This document shows positions 20,051-28,847 of a DNA stretch of 64,000 bases, piece after piece (positions within the stretch are counted from its first letter, which is position 1; the number at the start of each line of letters is the position of its first letter). Location of the stretch: positions 637-64,636 of the forward strand of contig CALVXG010000012.1 of the NCBI GenBank assembly GCA_944368925.1, given 5' to 3'. Under the pieces are notes generated by a model. The model was given only the letters and a program-made list of their open reading frames with translations, ran no database searches and was not told the origin of the DNA. Source of the stretch: an uncultured Clostridia bacterium. GTDB lineage: Bacteria > Bacillota > Clostridia > Christensenellales > Borkfalkiaceae. The translations under genes were made by a program, and so were the position numbers.

Positions 20051-21829
20051 ATGGGATTTTGCTCTTACTCAAAAGAGTTTTCTCTTTCCTCTTACACGGG
20101 AATCGAAAACCAGTTTATTCAGAAATATATGCCGATGGCGGACGGTGACGCCGTCAAGGTCTACATCTTCGGACTGTACCTTTGCCAGAACATTCAGCAG
20201 GAATATACCCTCGCCGAGGCCGCTTCCACGCTCAATTTTTCCGAAGAAAAAATCGTCGACCTGTTTAAGTTCTGGGAAGATTTCGATCTTTTGGAGATCG
20301 TTTCCTACCGCCCTTTCTCCGTGCGGTATTTCCCCGCCGACTACGCCAAAGGCAAACCCAAACGCATCCGCACGGAAAAATATTCGGAATTCAATAAGGC
20401 CGTTCAGTCGCTGATGCCGAAAAAGATGATCTCGCCCAACGAGTTTATGAAATACTTTGCCGTCATGGAAGAATACGCGATCAAACCGGAAGCAATGCTT
20501 TTGATCGTCCGCTACTGCGTCGATCTGAAAGGCGAAAGCATCCCGCAGAACTATATTCTGCAGGTTGCAAGAAATTTCGCCGCCGAAGGCGTCACGACGG
20601 TCGAACAGATCGAACACAAACTTTCCGATTATATGGTACAGAGCGGCGACATCGCCGCCGTCCTGCGCGCCATGGGCTCGAACCGAAAGGCGGAACCGGA
20701 CGACTACAAACTGCTCAAAAAATGGACGGACGAACTCGGCTTCGAGCTGCCCGTCATCGAATACACCGCTTCCCTTTATAAAAAAAGCGGCCTTCCAAAA
20801 CTGGACGAAGTCTTGCAGGAACTTTACGCAAACAAGAAATTCTCCAAAGAAGAGATCAAGGAATATCTTGCAAGAAAAACCGAAATCCGTTCGCTCACCC
20901 TCTCCATCGCCAAAGAACTGGGCGTTTACTGCCAGATCGTCGATACATATACGGACAACTTTGTCAGCAGATGGCTTGCGGCCGGTTACGACGATTCTTC
21001 CCTCATTCAGCTCGCCAAATATTGTTTCCGCCGCGAACGCAAATCTTTCGAAAAAATGGACGAGCTGATCGGTAAACTCGTTTCCCTCGGCGTCGTATCG
21101 GCGGACAGCATCGTGACCTATATGGAAAACGAAGCGCGCGAACAAGAATTTGCGGGACAAGTTCTCAAAACGGCGGGGATTTCCAGGCGGGTCAATAATT
21201 GGGACAGGGAATGCCTGCGCAACTGGCGCAGCTGGAATTTTTCGGACGAAATGATCCTGAAGGCGGCGGAAACCGCCGTCGGCAAAGCCAGCCCGATGCC
21301 CTACATCACTTCCGTTCTCTCTTCCTGGAAAAGCAAAAACATTTTCAACCCCGACCAGCTTACCAAAGAACAGCCGAAAGAAAATTACTACCAGAAACAG
21401 CTCCGCGAAGAACACGACGCAGAATTCCGCAAAAAGGTTCAGAATTATTATTTCAACCTGCGCGAACGCGCACAGGACATTGCGGAGCATTATCTGAAAC
21501 GCGCGCGCGCCAACGCCGATTTCCGCAAAAACGAGGAGGAGATCAAGGCGACCGAGATCAAGCTTGCCAAAGCGGAAGCGCTCGGCGGAAACACCGCGGA
21601 AGCGGAAACTTCCCTTAAAGAACTCCGAAAGCGCCGCGAGGAACTGCTTCGTTCCATGCACCTTAGCGAAGACATGCTCGTCCCTCAATATCGCTGCAAA
21701 AAATGCAACGACACAGGCTTTGACAAAGACGGAAACATTTGCTCCTGCTACCGCGAATTTGTCGAAAACGCCTCCGACGAGAAAAAACTCGCCAATATCC
21801 TCGACGTTTATTCCAACGTTGAAATCTGA
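20051..21829 (+). CDS. DnaD/DnaB(Bsu)-like replication initiation protein with a C-terminal coiled coil and zinc ribbon
   Basis: 592 aa counted from the ATG at 20051, with GGAG 8 nt upstream. It has an N-terminal DnaD-type winged-helix region and repeated DnaD-like C-terminal domains, including YITSVLSSW, which fits the YxxxIxxxW motif. A charged helical segment and CKKCNDTGFDKDGNICSC follow. Confidence 0.75.
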   Translation: MGFCSYSKEFSLSSYTGIENQFIQKYMPMADGDAVKVYIFGLYLCQNIQQEYTLAEAASTLNFSEEKIVDLFKFWEDFDLLEIVSYRPFSVRYFPADYAKGKPKRIRTEKYSEFNKAVQSLMPKKMISPNEFMKYFAVMEEYAIKPEAMLLIVRYCVDLKGESIPQNYILQVARNFAAEGVTTVEQIEHKLSDYMVQSGDIAAVLRAMGSNRKAEPDDYKLLKKWTDELGFELPVIEYTASLYKKSGLPKLDEVLQELYANKKFSKEEIKEYLARKTEIRSLTLSIAKELGVYCQIVDTYTDNFVSRWLAAGYDDSSLIQLAKYCFRRERKSFEKMDELIGKLVSLGVVSADSIVTYMENEAREQEFAGQVLKTAGISRRVNNWDRECLRNWRSWNFSDEMILKAAETAVGKASPMPYITSVLSSWKSKNIFNPDQLTKEQPKENYYQKQLREEHDAEFRKKVQNYYFNLRERAQDIAEHYLKRARANADFRKNEEEIKATEIKLAKAEALGGNTAEAETSLKELRKRREELLRSMHLSEDMLVPQYRCKKCNDTGFDKDGNICSCYREFVENASDEKKLANILDVYSNVEI

Positions 21830-21840
21830 CTTTTTCAGAC

Positions 21841-21875
21841 AGGCCGCCCGCCGAAATTGTTTCGGCGGGCGGCCT
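21841..21875 (+). terminator. 16-bp GC-rich hairpin downstream of the dnaD-like gene
   Basis: aggccgcccgccgaaa-ttg-tttcggcgggcggcct forms a perfect 16-bp stem. No clear U-tract follows. Confidence 0.5.
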
Positions 21876-21963
21876 TATCATAGCGCACGAACTTTCCGTC
21901 CACGTGCAAAATGCGTTCGGTTTTGCCGCGCCGCGTTATCTGACAGCATATTCTTCTTTGTAA

Positions 21964-21997
21964 AAAGAAAGCTGCCGCATCTGCGGCAGCTTTCTTT
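21964..21997 (-). terminator. intrinsic terminator of copA
   Basis: aaagaaagctgccgca-tc-tgcggcagctttcttt forms a perfect stem with A/T tracts on both sides. It lies 35 nt downstream of the copA stop. Confidence 0.7.
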
Positions 21998-22031
21998 AAC
22001 AAACTACGTTGTCATACAAAGATCGATAAAA

Positions 22032-24533
22032 TCATTTGATCTTTTTCACGGAATACCCCGCTTCTTCGACGGCATGGATCAGCACGTCGTCCGGCTGTTC
22101 CGTCTCCACGACGGCGCATTTCTTTTTCAGATTGACCGTCGCCTTTGTCCCTTCCAGCGCGTTCAGAGCGCTTTCCACACGGGCGCTGCAATGACCGCAG
22201 CTCATTCCCTCGATCAGTAAAGTCTTTTCCATTGATTCCTCTCCTTTCTGAATATTCTTTTTATTTTTTGCTTTTATCGGTTTGAACCGCATCAGCCGCA
22301 ACGCATTGAGCACGACAAAGACGGAGCTTAAACTCATGGCCGCAGCGCCGTACATCGGATCCAACACAACGCCCAACGCATACAAAGCACCCGCCGCAAT
22401 CGGAATACAGAGCAAATTGTAAATAAACGCCCAAAATAAATTCTCGTGTATATTCCGAACCGTGGCGCGGCTGAGACCTACCGCGTTTTCCAGAGCGCGC
22501 AAATCGCCGCCGACCAATACGATGTCCGCCGAATCGATGGCAATATCCGTTCCGTTCCCCATCGCGACCCCGACGTCCGCCTCTTTTAACGCGGGCGAAT
22601 CGTTGATGCCGTCGCCGACCATTGCCGTCATGCCCGAATGCTTCTTTTCCAATACGGCTTTCAGTTTGTCTTCGGGCAAGACTTCGCTGTAAACCTCCGA
22701 GATCCCGACTTCCGCGGCAATGGCATTCGCCGCGCCCTTGCTGTCACCCGTCAGCATGACCGTATTCATGCCCAGTTCGTTGAGACCTTCCACGGCCTCT
22801 TTGCTTCCGCTCTTCAACGTATCGGCCACAGCCACCAACGCGGCCGCCCTGTCGCCTCGGCATACATACAACACGGTCTTACCCTGTTTTGCGAATTCCG
22901 CATCGCGCCCGCCGAAATTTTTCGGATCAGCCCCACATTGGCGCACCAGTTTTTCGTTGCCGATCGAATAGGTAATTCCTTTATAATCTGCCAAAGCACC
23001 CATTCCGCTCTGATAGCGGAATTTTTCCACTTCGGCCGGCGTGACATTCTCCTGCGATGCCTTTTCCAAAATACTGCCCGCCAAAGGGTGATTCGAATTG
23101 CGCTCTATCCCCGCAATCACGCCGAGAAGTTCCCGCCCGTCAGATTGGTCCAGCGCGACAAAATCTGTAACGCGAGGTTTACCTTCCGTGAGCGTAGCCG
23201 TCTTATCCAGCAACACGTTTTTGATCTTTCCCGCTTTTTGCAGAGCTTCCGCATCTTTATACAAGATACCGAGCGATGCGCCGCGCCCCGTCGCCGCCAT
23301 GACCGCCACGGGCGTGGCAAGGCCCAGCGCGCACGGACAGGATATGACCAGAATACTGATCGCCATGCTCAGCACTTCGAAAAAGCGCACCTCTACGGCC
23401 CCCGTTGCCCACAGGATCATCCATACGATGAAGTCAACGGCCGCGATCAGCAAAACTACCGGCACAAAGATCGCCGCAATCTTATCGACCGTACGCTCGA
23501 TCGGAGCTTTGGAAGTGCCCGCCGTACGGACAAGACGGACGATCTTTGCAAGCATCGTCTCCTCGCCGATCTTCTCCGCCCGTACGCGGATCACGTTTCC
23601 CTTGTTGATGGTCGCGCTCGTGACATAGTCGCCTTCGCCCGCCTCAACAGGCAAACTCTCCCCGGTGATCGCCGATTTATCCAAAAAAGTCTCACCCGAA
23701 ACGATCACGCCGTCGGCAGGAATACTGTCTCCTTGTCTAACAACGACGATATCCCCGATCCGCAATTCGCGAAGAGGTACCGTCCGCATTCCGTTTTCGT
23801 CTTCGACCGTCACCGTATCCGGTGCGAGCCGCAAAAGTTTTTCGATTTCGTCCCCCGTTTTGCTCTTGGAACGCGCTTCCAGCCATTTTCCGAGCGTGAC
23901 CAACGTCAAAACCATCGCCGACGACTCGAAAAAGAGATAATTCATCGCAAATTGCATGGAATCTTCCCTGTACGGCAAAATAAACATGACGACAATACTG
24001 TACAGATACGAAACCGCACTTCCAAGGCTTACAAGCGTATCCATATTCGGAACTCTCTTGATCGCCGCTTTGATACCGCTGCGGAAAAACGCAAAATTAA
24101 TGACAATGATCGGCGTCGTGAGAAGCAGCTCGATCAGCGCAAAGTTCGAGCCTTGTTTCCAAAAGAACGGGAGCGGCGCCCCGAGCATATGCCCCATCGT
24201 AAAATAAAGCAGCGGAACGAGAAAACAGAGCGAACTGAAAAAACGCACTTTCAAACGCTTTGCTTCTTCCGCCTGGTGCGCACTCGCACTCTGCTCGCGC
24301 ACGGCTTTTTGCTCCTCTTTCTTCTCTTCCAACGAAGCCCCGTACCCGAGTCCGCGTACCGCATCCATGATCGCGTCGGCCGACACAACTTTTTCGTCAT
24401 AGTCTACCGTCATGCTCTCGCCCATCAGGCTCACCTCGGCATTTTCGACCCCGTCCATCTTCCTTACCGTCTTCTGAATCCCCGCCGAACACGCCGCGCA
24501 AGTCATTCCCGTTACAGTAAATCGCTGTTCCAT
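22032..24533 (-). CDS. copA: copper-translocating P1B-type ATPase with N-terminal and fused C-terminal heavy-metal-binding domains
   Basis: 833 aa. N-terminal HMA GMTCAACS, TGES, the CPC motif (VISCPCALGLATP), phosphorylation loop LLDKTATLTEG, SNHPLA, GDGINDSPAL, and a C-terminal HMA MEKTLLIEGMSCGHCS. Confidence 0.93.
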   Translation of the reverse strand: MEQRFTVTGMTCAACSAGIQKTVRKMDGVENAEVSLMGESMTVDYDEKVVSADAIMDAVRGLGYGASLEEKKEEQKAVREQSASAHQAEEAKRLKVRFFSSLCFLVPLLYFTMGHMLGAPLPFFWKQGSNFALIELLLTTPIIVINFAFFRSGIKAAIKRVPNMDTLVSLGSAVSYLYSIVVMFILPYREDSMQFAMNYLFFESSAMVLTLVTLGKWLEARSKSKTGDEIEKLLRLAPDTVTVEDENGMRTVPLRELRIGDIVVVRQGDSIPADGVIVSGETFLDKSAITGESLPVEAGEGDYVTSATINKGNVIRVRAEKIGEETMLAKIVRLVRTAGTSKAPIERTVDKIAAIFVPVVLLIAAVDFIVWMILWATGAVEVRFFEVLSMAISILVISCPCALGLATPVAVMAATGRGASLGILYKDAEALQKAGKIKNVLLDKTATLTEGKPRVTDFVALDQSDGRELLGVIAGIERNSNHPLAGSILEKASQENVTPAEVEKFRYQSGMGALADYKGITYSIGNEKLVRQCGADPKNFGGRDAEFAKQGKTVLYVCRGDRAAALVAVADTLKSGSKEAVEGLNELGMNTVMLTGDSKGAANAIAAEVGISEVYSEVLPEDKLKAVLEKKHSGMTAMVGDGINDSPALKEADVGVAMGNGTDIAIDSADIVLVGGDLRALENAVGLSRATVRNIHENLFWAFIYNLLCIPIAAGALYALGVVLDPMYGAAAMSLSSVFVVLNALRLMRFKPIKAKNKKNIQKGEESMEKTLLIEGMSCGHCSARVESALNALEGTKATVNLKKKCAVVETEQPDDVLIHAVEEAGYSVKKIK

Positions 24534-24571
24534 ATAAACCTCTTCAAATCTCTACCTTGTAGGTTGCAATT

Positions 24572-24601
24572 ATTATAATACCGATCGTCCGAAAATGTCA
24601 A
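24572..24601 (-). promoter_or_regulatory. putative sigma-A promoter of copA
   Basis: On the minus strand: TTGACA (24601-24596), 18 nt, TATAAT (24577-24572), about 40 nt upstream of the copA ATG. Confidence 0.5.
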
Positions 24602-24711
24602 GAGACGATAAAATATCTTCGGAAAAAATACCCCGCAATTTTTGGCGTATATTTCTCATTTGTCCGAAAAAACTAAACAAAAAAACTTTCCGCGAGCCAA
24701 AAAATTGAGTA

Positions 24712-24740
24712 AAGAAAAAGCGGCGGATTAAATCCGCCGC
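24712..24740 (-). terminator. intrinsic terminator of rpmF
   Basis: On the minus strand, gcggcggatt-t-aatccgccgc is followed by TTTTTCTTT. It lies 17 nt after the rpmF stop. Confidence 0.75.
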
Positions 24741-24756
24741 TCTGAACGCGAAAATA

Positions 24757-24942
24757 TTACTTCTTTTCTTCGGTATTGACGACTTCTCTGCCATCGTAAT
24801 AGCCGCATTTTTTGCAAACCGAATGGGGCTGTTTCAACTCATGGCAATGAGGGCACTCGACAAGCGTCGGCGCCGCAGCCTTGAAGTTTGCATATCTCGT
24901 ATTCGTTCTCTGCTTCGATTGTTTAGACTTGGGTACCGCCAT
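24757..24942 (-). CDS. rpmF: 50S ribosomal protein L32
   Basis: 61 aa. MAVPKSKQSKQRTNTRYANFK plus the zinc ribbon CPHCHE...CKKCGYY. Confidence 0.95.
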   Translation of the reverse strand: MAVPKSKQSKQRTNTRYANFKAAAPTLVECPHCHELKQPHSVCKKCGYYDGREVVNTEEKK

Positions 24943-24996
24943 CTCTTTACACCTCTTTTCTATATTTTACGTTCAAATTTCCGCTTTGACTGTAAA

Positions 24997-25025
24997 ATTA
25001 TACCCTATTTCCGTTGCTTTGTCAA
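24997..25025 (-). promoter_or_regulatory. putative sigma-A promoter of rpmF
   Basis: On the minus strand: TTGACA (25025-25020), 17 nt, TATAAT (25002-24997). Both hexamers are perfect consensus. Confidence 0.6.
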
Positions 25026-25063
25026 CTCATTTTTCATTTCTTTTACAAGGAATGAAAAATTTC

Positions 25064-26263
25064 TCAGCCTTCCAGCAATTCTTTGGTCTCGCGGGCGATG
25101 ACAAGCTCTTCGTTGGTAGGAATGACGAGCACTTTTACTTTGGAATCTGCGGCGGAGATATCGTGAATGGTTCCGTCGTTCTTCATCAGATTCTTCTCTT
25201 TGTCGATCTTGATCCCGAAATAATCCATGTTCGCGCAGATCGCTTCACGGACAGACACCGTGTTTTCGCCGATCCCCGCCGTAAACACGAGGCAATCCAA
25301 CCCGTCCAACGCCGCAATGTACGATCCAATGTATTTTTTCACGTTATAGGAGAACACATCCAGGGCAAGTTTTGCGCGCTCGTTGCCTTCGTCCGCCGCT
25401 TTGATAAGATCGCGGAAATCGCTCGAAACGCCGCTGATGCCCGCTACCCCGCACTGCTTGTTCAGATAATTGATGCAATCGAGAAGCGTATAATTTTTCT
25501 TCGCCGCAAGATATTCCAAAACGGCAGGATCGATATCGCCCGAACGCGTTCCCATCGGTACGCCTGCAAGCGGCGTAAAGCCCATGCTCGTATCGATGCA
25601 CTTTCCGCCCTTGACGGCGCTGATCGAAGAACCACCGCCCAGATGGCAGGTGATGATCTTCGTGTCTTCCGCCTTTTTGCCGAGATATTTGATCGCTTCC
25701 TGCGAAACGTATTTGTGGCTGGTTCCGTGGAATCCGTATCTGCGGATCTTAAAATCTTTGTAATCGTTGTAATCGATCGCATACATATACGCATACGGAG
25801 GCATCGTGGAATGGAATGCCGTATCGAAGACCAATCCCATCGGTTTGCCGGGCATCGCTTCCATGCACGCCTCGATCCCCAAAATGTTGGCGGGCATGTG
25901 CAAAGGCGCAAGCTCTGCATTCCTGCGGCAGATCTTCATGATATCGTCCGTCAAGAGCACCGATTTATTGAAATCTTCCGCGCTGTGGACAACACGGTGC
26001 CCGACCGCATCGATCTCGTCCATCGAACGGATCGCACCGTATTCGGGATTCACCAGAGCATCCAAAACCAGCTGAATCGCCACTTTATGATTCGGCATAT
26101 CCTTTTCGATGACCGTCTCGCCCTTGGACGTTTTGTGCTTTAAGTTCGAGCCTCGGATACCGATCCTTTCGCAACCGCCTTTCGCGATGACCGTCTCCGT
26201 ATCCATGTCGATCAGCTGATATTTAAGAGAAGAACTCCCTGCGTTGACAACCAAAATTTTCAT
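25064..26263 (-). CDS. ackA: acetate kinase
   Basis: 399 aa. MKILVVNAGSSSLKYQL, HRVVHSAE and RYGFHGTSH motifs. Confidence 0.95.
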   Translation of the reverse strand: MKILVVNAGSSSLKYQLIDMDTETVIAKGGCERIGIRGSNLKHKTSKGETVIEKDMPNHKVAIQLVLDALVNPEYGAIRSMDEIDAVGHRVVHSAEDFNKSVLLTDDIMKICRRNAELAPLHMPANILGIEACMEAMPGKPMGLVFDTAFHSTMPPYAYMYAIDYNDYKDFKIRRYGFHGTSHKYVSQEAIKYLGKKAEDTKIITCHLGGGSSISAVKGGKCIDTSMGFTPLAGVPMGTRSGDIDPAVLEYLAAKKNYTLLDCINYLNKQCGVAGISGVSSDFRDLIKAADEGNERAKLALDVFSYNVKKYIGSYIAALDGLDCLVFTAGIGENTVSVREAICANMDYFGIKIDKEKNLMKNDGTIHDISAADSKVKVLVIPTNEELVIARETKELLEG

Positions 26264-26285
26264 ATCCGTTTACCCCTCATTCTTA

Positions 26286-27323
26286 TTACTGCAACTGCGT
26301 CTGCAACGCCGTGATGGCCACAGCGGCTACGATGTCTTCCGCTTTGCAGCCCCTGGACAAATCGTTGATCGGTTTCGCAAAGCCCTGGCAAAGCGGCCCT
26401 ACCGCCATAAATCCGCCGAGACGCTCCGTCAGCTTATACCCGATGTTCCCTGCATCCAGATCGGGGAAAATGAGGACGTTCGCGTGTCCCGCCACCTTCG
26501 AACCGGGCGCTTTGGATTTTGCAACCGAAGGAACGATCGCCGCATCCAGCTGCAACTCGCCGTCGATCGCAAGATCGGGATTTTTCGCCTTCGCCAAAGC
26601 GAGTGCGGCCGTCACTTTATCGATGTCCGCATGCTTTGCGCTTCCCTTGGTCGAGAACGAAAGCATCGCCACGCGCGGCTCGAGCCCCGCGATCTGCTTT
26701 GCGGTCTTTGCAGAGATCAGCGCGATCTCCGCCAGCTGCTCACTCGTAGGGTTCTCGTTGAGTCCGCAATCCGAATAAATGTAAGCTCCGTCTTCGCAAT
26801 AGGGATTTCCGCCCTCCGGCGCGATCATCAGAAAATAGCTGGAAACCAAGGGAACTCCCGGCGCCGCTTTGACGATCTGCAAACCAGGACGCAGCGTGTT
26901 GGCCGTGGAATGGCACGCACCCGAAACCAGGCCGTCCACATCCCCCGCTTTCAGCATAAGAACTCCGAAATATGTATTGTCATGAGAAAGCTTGTCCGCC
27001 TCTTCTTCCGTCATTCCCTTCGCCTTGCGGAGCGAATACAACAGCGCCGCATATTCGGCACGCTTTTCACTCGAAGCAGGATCTACGATATCCACCCCGC
27101 TCAGATCGACGTCGGGGTTCGCCTTTTTGATCTGTTCCGCGTTGCCGAGCAACGTGATTTTCGCAATGCCCTCTTTTACCGCTGCCGCAGCAGCTTTGAC
27201 TACACGGCTGTCCTCTCCCTCGCAAAGCACAATGCGCTTGTTCAAAGCGGCAGCTTTCGCTTTGATCTTCGCCAGAAATGCGTTTTCCTTGCACCCTTCA
27301 CCGGCACATACACAACCTGCCAT
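26286..27323 (-). CDS. pta: phosphate acetyltransferase
   Basis: 345 aa. IVLCEGEDSRVVKAA, YFGVLMLKAGDVDGLVSGACHSTA, and adjacency to ackA. Confidence 0.92.
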   Translation of the reverse strand: MAGCVCAGEGCKENAFLAKIKAKAAALNKRIVLCEGEDSRVVKAAAAAVKEGIAKITLLGNAEQIKKANPDVDLSGVDIVDPASSEKRAEYAALLYSLRKAKGMTEEEADKLSHDNTYFGVLMLKAGDVDGLVSGACHSTANTLRPGLQIVKAAPGVPLVSSYFLMIAPEGGNPYCEDGAYIYSDCGLNENPTSEQLAEIALISAKTAKQIAGLEPRVAMLSFSTKGSAKHADIDKVTAALALAKAKNPDLAIDGELQLDAAIVPSVAKSKAPGSKVAGHANVLIFPDLDAGNIGYKLTERLGGFMAVGPLCQGFAKPINDLSRGCKAEDIVAAVAITALQTQLQ

Positions 27324-27476
27324 AAAATCTTAACCTCTATCGCTTTATTTTTTGCCGCGTCCGGTGTATAATAAAAAAGCGGTGATCCGACGCTTCCTCG
27401 TTCCGACCGCCATTCACGCCGCACGGTATTTCCGTATTATTATATAATATTTATTTTAAAAAGTAAAGGTTTTAAG

Positions 27477-28673
27477 ATGAAAATTTGCGGCATCATTTGC
27501 GAATACAATCCCTTTCATAACGGCCACGCCTACCTCATTGAACAGGCAAAAAAACAGTCGGGCTGCGATGCCGTCGTGTGTGTGATGAGCGGCTGTTTTA
27601 CCCAACGGGGCGAACTTGCGTTTCTCGATAAATTTACGCGCGCAAAACACGCGGTGCTTGCGGGTGCTGATGCGGTGGTCGAACTTCCCGCCGTCTTTGC
27701 TTTGGCGCCCGCCGAAATTTTCGCGAAAGGCGCGGTCAAAATTCTGCATTCTTTCCCCGATTTTTCCGTCCTCGCGTTCGGCTGTGAAAATGCAGACAGA
27801 GCCGCCATCGAAAAAGCGGCCGAAAATACGGCTTCGGAATCCAACGCGTTCCGCGAAATTTTGCACCAGTATCTGAAACGCGGCGCCAGCTTCACAAAAG
27901 CACGATTCGAAGCATGGACGCAAACGGGCAGTACCCCGCCGTCACTCGTCGCCTCCCCGAACAACATTTTGGGCGTGGAATACAAAAAAGCGCTCATACT
28001 GGCAAACAGTCGCGCGGAAATTCTTCCGATCGCGCGCGTCGGCGCAGCTTATACCGATTCCAGGCTCCATAAAAATTTTTCTTCGGCAAGCGCCATCCGA
28101 GAAGCAGTCTGTTCCGGAAAATTACGCTCCGTGCGAAAAAATGTTCCGACCTATGTGTTCGACGATCTGAAGGACGCCGTAAAGCCGGATCTTTACAAAA
28201 AAATTGCCCTCTACTCCGTTCTCAGAACGGAGGCGGCGCAACTGAAAAATATTCTCGATTGCACGGAAGGCCTTGAAAACAGAATCAAGGCCTTTGCAAA
28301 GAGCACGCACGATTACGACGAGTTTATCGCGAAAGTGACGACCAAGCGCTATATTTCTTCCCGAATCCGCCGCATCCTCGCCGCATCCGTACTCGCGATC
28401 GGCGAAGATCTTGTGCGCAAAAGCCTGAAAAGTCCGCTTTATGTAAATCTCCTCGCTGTCAACAAGCAGCGTGCCGATGACCTGCTGCCCTCTTTGAAAG
28501 CGTCTGCTTTTCCCTGCATCGCGCGGCGAAGCGACCTCTCTGCATTGGGCAAAACCGCAGCGGAAGCTTTCCGCATCGACACGCTTGCCTCCGATCTTTT
28601 CAACCTCGTTTCAGGACGGCACTTTACCGAATCGCAGCTTCGCTGGGTCGACCCTTCCTCCCAAAATCAATAG
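27477..28673 (+). CDS. tmcAL: tRNA(Met) cytidine acetate ligase (TmcAL/YlbM, UPF0348 nucleotidyltransferase)
   Basis: 398 aa. The N-terminus GIICEYNPFHNGHAYLIEQAK carries the HxGH-type nucleotidyltransferase motif typical of the family. Confidence 0.85.
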   Translation: MKICGIICEYNPFHNGHAYLIEQAKKQSGCDAVVCVMSGCFTQRGELAFLDKFTRAKHAVLAGADAVVELPAVFALAPAEIFAKGAVKILHSFPDFSVLAFGCENADRAAIEKAAENTASESNAFREILHQYLKRGASFTKARFEAWTQTGSTPPSLVASPNNILGVEYKKALILANSRAEILPIARVGAAYTDSRLHKNFSSASAIREAVCSGKLRSVRKNVPTYVFDDLKDAVKPDLYKKIALYSVLRTEAAQLKNILDCTEGLENRIKAFAKSTHDYDEFIAKVTTKRYISSRIRRILAASVLAIGEDLVRKSLKSPLYVNLLAVNKQRADDLLPSLKASAFPCIARRSDLSALGKTAAEAFRIDTLASDLFNLVSGRHFTESQLRWVDPSSQNQ

Positions 28674-28712
28674 CAATATCTTGTCGGTTACGCTTTTTTA
28701 AAAATGCGGAAA

Positions 28713-28744
28713 AGCGGGCGGCGCATTTGACTGCACCGCCCGCT
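28713..28744. terminator. bidirectional GC-rich hairpin between convergent tmcAL and the SDR gene
   Basis: agcgggcgg...ccgcccgct stem. It is followed by tcccttttc on the plus strand and cttttcc on the minus strand. Confidence 0.65.
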
Positions 28745-28847
28745 TCCCTTTTCAAATTTTTTGTCATAATGCAAACCGCTTCCGCTTCAGATGTGCCGTA
28801 CGGTTTTCCGAAAAATCTTTTCTGTCTGCACTTATATTTGCAACACC

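Noticed and set aside
24551-24566. A possible CopY (TACAnnTGTA) or CsoR operator (tctaccttgtaggttg) lies just downstream of the copA -10.
   Set aside because: Only 4-bp arms (ACCT/AGGT) are truly palindromic, and the sequence does not fit the cop-box consensus in either orientation. No copY or csoR gene is in the window. The evidence is too weak to call.
25030-25059. An AT-rich hairpin (TTTTCATT-12 nt-AATGAAAA) lies after ackA. I considered it as a terminator.
   Set aside because: It is an 8-bp stem made only of A and T, with a 12-nt loop and no U-tract. Read-through from ackA into rpmF, or termination elsewhere, is equally likely.
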